A stretch of DNA of 64,000 nucleotides from Myxococcota bacterium (GTDB lineage: Bacteria > Myxococcota_A > UBA9160 > SZUA-336), in assembly GCA_035498875.1 (NCBI GenBank), contig DATJZP010000067.1:80107-144106 (forward strand), in the 5' to 3' direction. This document shows, one piece after another, positions 58,333 through 64,000 of the stretch. Both the position numbers and the translations under genes were made by a program. The notes beneath the pieces were generated by a model. It was not told where the DNA came from, ran no database searches, and worked only from the letters and a program-made list of their open reading frames with translations. Within the stretch, counting starts at the first letter, position 1. Each line of letters begins with the position of its first letter.

Positions 58333-59541
58333 CTAGTTGCGGGCGATCGCCACGCGCTGGCCTTCGGACAGGCCGGAGGCCTCGCCCACGACCAGCGCCT
58401 CGCCGCCCGACAGACCTTCCTCGACGGCGACCTGGTCACCGCGCTCCGCGCCCGGGCGCACCAGCTGGCGGCGCAGCTTGCCCTCGGTGACCACCCAGGC
58501 GTAGCTGCCGCTCGAGTCGCTGCGGATCGCGCCGCGCGGCGCCAGCACGAGCGGCGGACCGCCCTTCTCGGCGGGCGTGTCGCCGGCCAGGAACGAAAGG
58601 CGCACGCTCATGTCGGGCAAGAGATACGGATCGGGGTTCAGGATCCCGACTTCGACCTTGAGCGTGCCCTTCGAGCGGTTCACCTGCGGGTACATCTTCA
58701 CGACCTTGGCCTCGTAGCGCTTGTCGGGGTAGGCGTCGGGGGTGACGAACGCCTTCTGGCCGAGGCGCACGCGGTTCAGGTCGGCCTCGGCGATGTCGAC
58801 CTCGGCGCGCAGGTCGGAGAGGTTGGCCATGCGGATCAGGTCACCCGAGCCGGCGAAGCCGCCGGGCGTGGCCATCTCGCCCACCTCTTTCAGCTTGGCC
58901 AGCACCACGCCGTCGGCGGGCGCGCGCAGCACGGTGTAGTCGAGGTTCACCTGTGATTGCGCGATCTCGGCCTCGAGCTGGGCGATCTGCGCCTTGTCGA
59001 CGCGCAGCTGGGTCTCGGCCGTGTCGAGCTCGGCCTGCGAGGCGTAGTTCTGCACGCGCAGCTTGCGCTGCCGGTCGGCCTGGATCTGGTGCAGGTCGAG
59101 ATTCGCGCGCGCCACCGCCAGGCGCGCCTTCTGGCTCTCGAGCGCCGCGCGGTAGTCGCGGTCGTCGAGCTGGACCAGCGGCTCGCCCTGCTTCACGTGG
59201 TCGCTCTCGTCCACGAAGAATTTCTCGATCCGCCCGGGGATGCGCACGCCGATCGAGATGTACTTGTCGGCAGTCACCACGTAGCCCGAGCCCGAGAGCA
59301 CCGCGACCGAAGGCGCCGCGCCGCCCGGCTCGATGCGCGAGGCGTACGCGACCTGCACGATCTTCGGGCCGCCGAGTGACAGCCACACGACGAGCGCCAC
59401 GAGCACCAAGACCACGGCGGTGCCGATCGCGATCCAGCGCGTGGGCACGCGCGGGGGCGGCTTGCGCGTCGCGGTCGTCCCGCGGTCGATCCGCAGGGCC
59501 TGGAGGTCGTCGCGCAGGTTGCGTGGGGCTTCGGCCGCCAT
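58333..59541 (-). CDS. efflux periplasmic adaptor (HlyD/MacA-like membrane-fusion protein)
   Basis: Signal anchor, coiled coil, beta-barrel. Last gene of the ABC efflux operon. Confidence 0.8.
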   Translation of the reverse strand: MAAEAPRNLRDDLQALRIDRGTTATRKPPPRVPTRWIAIGTAVVLVLVALVVWLSLGGPKIVQVAYASRIEPGGAAPSVAVLSGSGYVVTADKYISIGVRIPGRIEKFFVDESDHVKQGEPLVQLDDRDYRAALESQKARLAVARANLDLHQIQADRQRKLRVQNYASQAELDTAETQLRVDKAQIAQLEAEIAQSQVNLDYTVLRAPADGVVLAKLKEVGEMATPGGFAGSGDLIRMANLSDLRAEVDIAEADLNRVRLGQKAFVTPDAYPDKRYEAKVVKMYPQVNRSKGTLKVEVGILNPDPYLLPDMSVRLSFLAGDTPAEKGGPPLVLAPRGAIRSDSSGSYAWVVTEGKLRRQLVRPGAERGDQVAVEEGLSGGEALVVGEASGLSEGQRVAIARN

Positions 59542-59555
59542 GGGTCTCGTGGAGT

Positions 59556-60734
59556 CTACGCTTTCCGGAGCGCCTCGACCGGCCGCAGCTTGGCCGCGGC
59601 CCACGCCGGGAAGAAGCCGCCGATCAGCCCGATCGCGATCGAGAGCGCGAAGGGGAACACGAGGTCCTGCGGCGCGACGGTCAGCTCGACAACGCTGGTG
59701 CTGAAGGTCTTCGAGTTCATGCCGATCCCGCCCAACGCGTGCGAGATCACGTAGCCGCCGACCGCGGACGCCGCGCCGCCGATCACGAAGCCAGCCATGG
59801 AAGTCATGACTGACTCGGCGAGGAAGGCCGAGAGGATCGCGCCGCGCGAGAAGCCGAGCGCGCGCAGCGTGCCGATCTCGGAGGTGCGGGACTGTACCGC
59901 CGCGTACAGCGTGTTCGCCGCGCCGAAGATCGCGCCGATGCCCGCGAACACCGCTACCGCCACGACCACGATCAGAAGCGTGTTGCCGGTCGAGGCGAGC
60001 TCCTGGTAGTAGTCGGTCTCGCGCGAGGCGGAGAGCGCCCAGCGCGAGTCATCGGCGATGCGTCGCGCCAGCGCGTCCATGTCTGCGCCCGGCGCGACCC
60101 GGATGCGCAAGCCGGAGTAGGGCAGCGTGCGCTTCGCGTCGTTGGCGAGCTCGCGCGCGTCGACCCACACCTCGCTCTCGAACGACGATCCGCCGGACTC
60201 GAGCACCCCGACGACCTTCCAGACGCCGTGGCCGAAGTGGAGATCGGAGCCGATCTGCGCACCCTGATAGCGCCCGGCCACGCTGCGGCCGACCACCGCC
60301 TCGCTGCTCGAGGGGTGGAACATGCGGCCTTCCTTGATGTGCACCTCGTCGTGCACCTGGAGCGCCATCGGCTCCACGCCGCGCACCAGCACGTTCTCGC
60401 GCACGCCCTCGAGTGTCTTGAAGAACGGCTGCACCACGAGCTCCGGCGAAGCGATCGGGTTGCCTTCCGAGTCTTTGGCCACGCCGTCGAAGAGTCGGAC
60501 GGCCTGCACGGCCTCGAGCGCCAGCTGACTCGAGCCGTCGTTGTTGGCGCCCTTGCGCATGACGATCAGGTTGTCGGGCGAGCCCGACGCCACCATGCTG
60601 CGCTTCAAGCTGCCGACCAGGCTCCACAGCAGCGTGATGGCCACCACGACGAGCGCGATCACCGCCACGGTGAAGGCCGTGCGCGTGCCGCGTGCCAGCA
60701 GGCTGCGCCAGCTGTAGGACAGCGGCAGCGCCAC
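59556..60734 (-). CDS. ABC transporter permease, FtsX/MacB-type (second of two)
   Basis: N-terminal TM, periplasmic domain, 3 C-terminal TM; GTLRALGF motif. Confidence 0.85.
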   Translation of the reverse strand: MALPLSYSWRSLLARGTRTAFTVAVIALVVVAITLLWSLVGSLKRSMVASGSPDNLIVMRKGANNDGSSQLALEAVQAVRLFDGVAKDSEGNPIASPELVVQPFFKTLEGVRENVLVRGVEPMALQVHDEVHIKEGRMFHPSSSEAVVGRSVAGRYQGAQIGSDLHFGHGVWKVVGVLESGGSSFESEVWVDARELANDAKRTLPYSGLRIRVAPGADMDALARRIADDSRWALSASRETDYYQELASTGNTLLIVVVAVAVFAGIGAIFGAANTLYAAVQSRTSEIGTLRALGFSRGAILSAFLAESVMTSMAGFVIGGAASAVGGYVISHALGGIGMNSKTFSTSVVELTVAPQDLVFPFALSIAIGLIGGFFPAWAAAKLRPVEALRKA

Positions 60735-61910
60735 TCAGAACACCTCGCGCAGGGTCGCCGCGACGCTGCGCCGCGATGCGCCCAGCGCGGGCAGCCAGCC
60801 GGAGATGATGCCGATGAAGAACGCCACGAAGAGTGACTGGATCAGGATCGCGTCGGTGATCACGAAGCCGGTGAGCGGCCCGAGCTGCGGCCCGGTCCCG
60901 CCGCTGGTCGAGGTCATCTTGCGCAGGAACAGGGTGAGTCCGAGCGAAGACAGCGCGCCCACCACGCCGGCCGCCGTCGACAGCATCACCGCTTCGGCGA
61001 GCAGGGTCGAGAACACCGTGCGCTTGCGGAAGCCGATCGCCTTCAGGACCGCGATCTCGCCCGTGCGCTCGCGCACCGACATGCTCGCGGTGTTCGCCGC
61101 CACGAACACGATGCAAAGAGTCACTACGCCGGTCACGATCTCGATCACATAGATCAGCTGCTTCAGGCTGCCGAAGAAGCCGCGAATGAAGTCCTTCTCG
61201 GTCTCGGACGCGGTCTCGGCGTCGCTGTTCTTGAACATCTCGTCGATCTCGCGCATGACGCCGTTCACGCGCTCGGGATCGTCGACGCGCGTCCAGATCA
61301 TGCCCGTCTGATCGCCGTTGCCGCCGATCGCGGCCAGCGCCTGCACGAGATACTCGCGCTGGAAGTAAAAGCTGTTCGAGCTGTCTATCGGGATCTCGCC
61401 GACGATGCGGAAGGAGAGGTTCACCGGGAACACGGTGCTCTGCAGCGTGACCACGTCGCCGACCTTCCACTTCTGCTCGTTGAGCACGCGCCGGCCCACC
61501 AGCGCGGAGTCACGGTATTTGCGGAAGTCGTCGAGGGCCTTCGGGTCGACCTTCCAGTCGGCATAGACCTTGCCGAACTCCTCGGGGTCGACGGCGAAGT
61601 TCGGAAACGAAACGCCCTTGGTCGGATCGATCGCGCCGCCGAACCACTGCCAGCTGAGCGCGGCGACGACGCCGGGGATGCCGCGCACCTTGTTGAGATA
61701 GGCGTAGGGCAGGGAGTAGACGATACCGGCCTGGTTGTGAGTCGAGATGCGCGTGTTCGCGGCGATCGAGTTCACCACGCCGTCGAGCCCCGCCGGCATG
61801 GTGCGCAGTGCGCAAACCAGCGCGATGGCCAGGGCGATCGTGGCGCCGGTCAGGATCGAGCGCAGCTTGTTGCGGCCCAGGTTGCGGATCACGAGCGGCA
61901 GATATTTCAT
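60735..61910 (-). CDS. ABC transporter permease, FtsX/MacB-type (first of two)
   Basis: Only the 3' 391 codons of the 647-aa track ORF are real; IAVLKAIGF motif. Confidence 0.85.
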   Translation of the reverse strand: MKYLPLVIRNLGRNKLRSILTGATIALAIALVCALRTMPAGLDGVVNSIAANTRISTHNQAGIVYSLPYAYLNKVRGIPGVVAALSWQWFGGAIDPTKGVSFPNFAVDPEEFGKVYADWKVDPKALDDFRKYRDSALVGRRVLNEQKWKVGDVVTLQSTVFPVNLSFRIVGEIPIDSSNSFYFQREYLVQALAAIGGNGDQTGMIWTRVDDPERVNGVMREIDEMFKNSDAETASETEKDFIRGFFGSLKQLIYVIEIVTGVVTLCIVFVAANTASMSVRERTGEIAVLKAIGFRKRTVFSTLLAEAVMLSTAAGVVGALSSLGLTLFLRKMTSTSGGTGPQLGPLTGFVITDAILIQSLFVAFFIGIISGWLPALGASRRSVAATLREVF

Positions 61911-62608
61911 CCCGCGGGCCCCCGCGCGGCCCCGCCGGGCCGTTTCTCGAGCAACACGCCCTTGTCGAGGTGGATCACCTCGTCGACCCACTTCTCGGCG
62001 CGCGGGTCGTGAGTCACGATCACGACCGTCTTGCCGAAGTCGCGGCGCAGCGTCTGCAGCAGCGACAGGATCTCCTCGGCGTTCTTCGCGTCCAGGTCGC
62101 CGGTGGGCTCGTCGGCCACGATCAGCTCGGCGTCGGTGACGATCGAGCGCGCGATCGCCACGCGCTGCTGCTCGCCGCCCGAAAGCTGGCGCGGCAGGTG
62201 GTCGGCGCGGTCGGCCAGCCCGACCACGCGCAGCGCGGTCTCGGCGCGCTGCCGGCGCTCGGCCTTCGACAGGTGCGTGAGCAGGAGCGGCAGCTCCACG
62301 TTCTCGACCGCGTTCAGCACCGGAATGAGATTGAAGAACTGGAACACGAAGCCGACGGTGTGCGCGCGGAACTCGGCGAGCTCGTCTTCCGACATCTCGT
62401 TCAGCCGCTTGCCGAACACGGTCACGTCGCCGGAGTTCGGCCGGTCGAGGCCGGCCAGCACGTTGAGGAGCGTCGACTTGCCCGAGCCGGACGGCCCCAT
62501 CAGCGCCACGAAGCGCTGCTTGTCGACGTGGAGACTGACGCGCTCGAGCGCGTGGATCTCGTCCGCGCCGCGCCGATACAGCCGAGACACGTTGACAAGA
62601 TCGATCAA
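61907..62608 (-). CDS. ABC transporter ATP-binding protein (MacB/LolD-type)
   Basis: Walker [18 protein letters not shown], Walker [17 protein letters not shown] start 6 nt after GAGGAG. Confidence 0.8.
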   Translation of the reverse strand: MIDLVNVSRLYRRGADEIHALERVSLHVDKQRFVALMGPSGSGKSTLLNVLAGLDRPNSGDVTVFGKRLNEMSEDELAEFRAHTVGFVFQFFNLIPVLNAVENVELPLLLTHLSKAERRQRAETALRVVGLADRADHLPRQLSGGEQQRVAIARSIVTDAELIVADEPTGDLDAKNAEEILSLLQTLRRDFGKTVVIVTHDPRAEKWVDEVIHLDKGVLLEKRPGGAARGPAG

Positions 62609-62686
62609 GCTCGACTCCTCGTGGGAGCCGATGATATCGGAACCACCGCCGGTGCGCGCTGCCGCGCGCACCCTGCACGCAGTCAG

Positions 62687-64000
62687 CTACAGGCCGTGGC
62701 GCATCTCCGCGATCGCATCGATCAGGCGATCGAGCACGCGCCGCACGTCGTGCGCGGGCGGGCGCTCCGCGGGCGCGCGGTCACCCGCGGGCTCGGGCGG
62801 GTTCAGATCCTGGTGGTCGACGAACTCTGCGATCACCCGGTGCAGCTTGCCGCTCGAGAGCCGGCGCCGATAGTGGATCAAGCGGTCAGTCGCGTAGTCG
62901 ACGCCGTCGCCCGTGATCCGATCACGGCGGTTGATCACGGCGCTGCGACGCGCGACTTCGCGCAAGAGCTCGGCCAGCGGGCGCCGCTCGTGCAGAGCCG
63001 CGGCGCGCATCAGCGCGAGGTGCGAGCGCTGCAGCCGGCGGGCCATGCGCCGCCGCGTGGGAGTCGAGCGGCGATCGCCGCGCGCGGCGTAGCTGGAGAG
63101 CGCGATCTCGAGAAACTCGTCGCCGCAGAGCGGCACGGGCGCGCCGGCGTAGCGCAGCGGTAGCTCGCGCAACAGGTCGCGCATGCTGAACACCGCGTTC
63201 CAGGTGAGTCCGTCCGGCACGCGTTGCCGTCCGCGCGCGGAGCGCGCGCGCTCGAAGTAGGCGAACGCGCGCCGGAAGCGCTCGAGCTCGCGGCGCCGCG
63301 CGCGAGTCACGAAGGCCGCGGTCTCGGGCCGCAGGCCGAGCTTGCGCACCAGCAGGCGCTCCTTGGTAGCGGCGAACTCGCGGTCGAAGCTGCGCAGACA
63401 CGGGTCGTGCGCGAACTCCTCGAGCGGGCGCTTCCTGCCCTCGAGCAGGCAGGCGCGGATCTGCGCGAAGCACTGCGCGATGTAGCGCGCCTTCACGCGT
63501 TGCTCGGGGATCGTGGTCGACCAGCGCGTGTCGTCGTCGAAGCGGTACTCGCGGTGGTAGAGCCCGAACTGGCGCACCGAGCCGTAGTCCACGATCCCGC
63601 CGTCGGCCAGCACGTTGTCGCCGTCCCAGTCGAGCCAGCAGAACACGTACTCACTCTCGAAGATCGCGGCCGTGCGCGCGAACGCGCGCGCGCAGGCGTC
63701 CGCCAGGTGGCGGTAGCGCGCCGCGCCGGGGGCGAGCTGGGGCCAGTCGCCGTTCGCGATCTGGCGCTCGCAGAACACGTCGATCGCGGCGCGCAGGCGC
63801 GGCAGGTCGCCTTGCTTCAGCGGCGCGAAGAAGTGAGACGGGCGCAGCAGGTTCCGGCCGGCGCGCACGTTGATCGCGTGACCGTTCGGCAGCGCGATCA
63901 CCGCCAGCACGCGCTCGGTCGGGATGCCGTTGCGGTGGAAGGTCTCGGAGAGCAGCGCGGCCGAGATGCCCTCGCCCAGCGCCGCGGTGCCGCAGCCGTA
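62687..64000 (-). CDS. SelO/YdiU-like (UPF0061) pseudokinase-fold protein, divergent; N-terminus beyond the window
   Basis: [21 protein letters not shown] aligns with the SelO HGVMNTDNMSLLGLTLDYG region. The frame is open to the window edge. Confidence 0.4.
   Translation of the reverse strand, partial: YGCGTAALGEGISAALLSETFHRNGIPTERVLAVIALPNGHAINVRAGRNLLRPSHFFAPLKQGDLPRLRAAIDVFCERQIANGDWPQLAPGAARYRHLADACARAFARTAAIFESEYVFCWLDWDGDNVLADGGIVDYGSVRQFGLYHREYRFDDDTRWSTTIPEQRVKARYIAQCFAQIRACLLEGRKRPLEEFAHDPCLRSFDREFAATKERLLVRKLGLRPETAAFVTRARRRELERFRRAFAYFERARSARGRQRVPDGLTWNAVFSMRDLLRELPLRYAGAPVPLCGDEFLEIALSSYAARGDRRSTPTRRRMARRLQRSHLALMRAAALHERRPLAELLREVARRSAVINRRDRITGDGVDYATDRLIHYRRRLSSGKLHRVIAEFVDHQDLNPPEPAGDRAPAERPPAHDVRRVLDRLIDAIAEMRHGL

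Noticed and set aside
60735-62678. 647-aa minus-strand ORF read as a single gene
   Set aside because: The upstream 5' part is an alternative frame of the ABC ATPase gene (61907..62608). Only the C-terminal 391 codons, starting [10 protein letters not shown], form the FtsX permease.

Overview
This is a high-GC (~68-70%), gene-dense chromosomal window that looks like it comes from a Gram-negative bacterium. Evidence for that: an RND pump with a TolC/NodT-type outer-membrane factor, the ADP-heptose enzyme HldE, and a lipid-A-synthase N-terminal-domain protein. I find about 64 protein-coding genes, mostly tightly packed with 4-nt ATGA/GTGA start/stop overlaps. I saw no rRNA, tRNA, CRISPR array, transposase or integrase. 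Coordinates rest mainly on the supplied ORF track; positions I read directly from the sequence may be off by +/-1.

The content is accessory/envelope-related, not core information processing. The main blocks are: a six-gene co-directional cluster (two paralogous membrane-embedded sensor histidine kinases, a cytochrome P450, an aldo/keto reductase, an enoyl-CoA hydratase and an APH-type kinase that has no start codon); an RND efflux operon in the unusual order RND-adaptor-OMF; a TetR-HlyD-ABC-ABC2 operon with a perfect 20-bp palindromic operator; a polyprenyl-phosphate glycosylation locus (UppP, LAB_N protein, ArnC-like GT2, convergent ArnT-like GT39/83, ABC exporter, GT4); a divergent SET-domain methyltransferase / sirtuin pair; a frameshifted PTS-EIIA(Ntr)-like ORF next to a TerC-PGPGW fusion and a membrane spermidine-synthase-like protein; an orphan P-II (GlnB/K) gene with a near-consensus sigma-54 promoter; a MacAB-like ABC efflux system with two separate FtsX permease genes; an OlsB/PlsC pair (candidate ornithine-lipid synthesis); and a bacterial lipase-maturation-factor homologue.

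The most striking feature is not a gene. The heptamer GAGTCAC, with a palindromic 9-mer form GAGTSACTC, recurs about 60 times in all coding frames where base composition predicts about 6-7.
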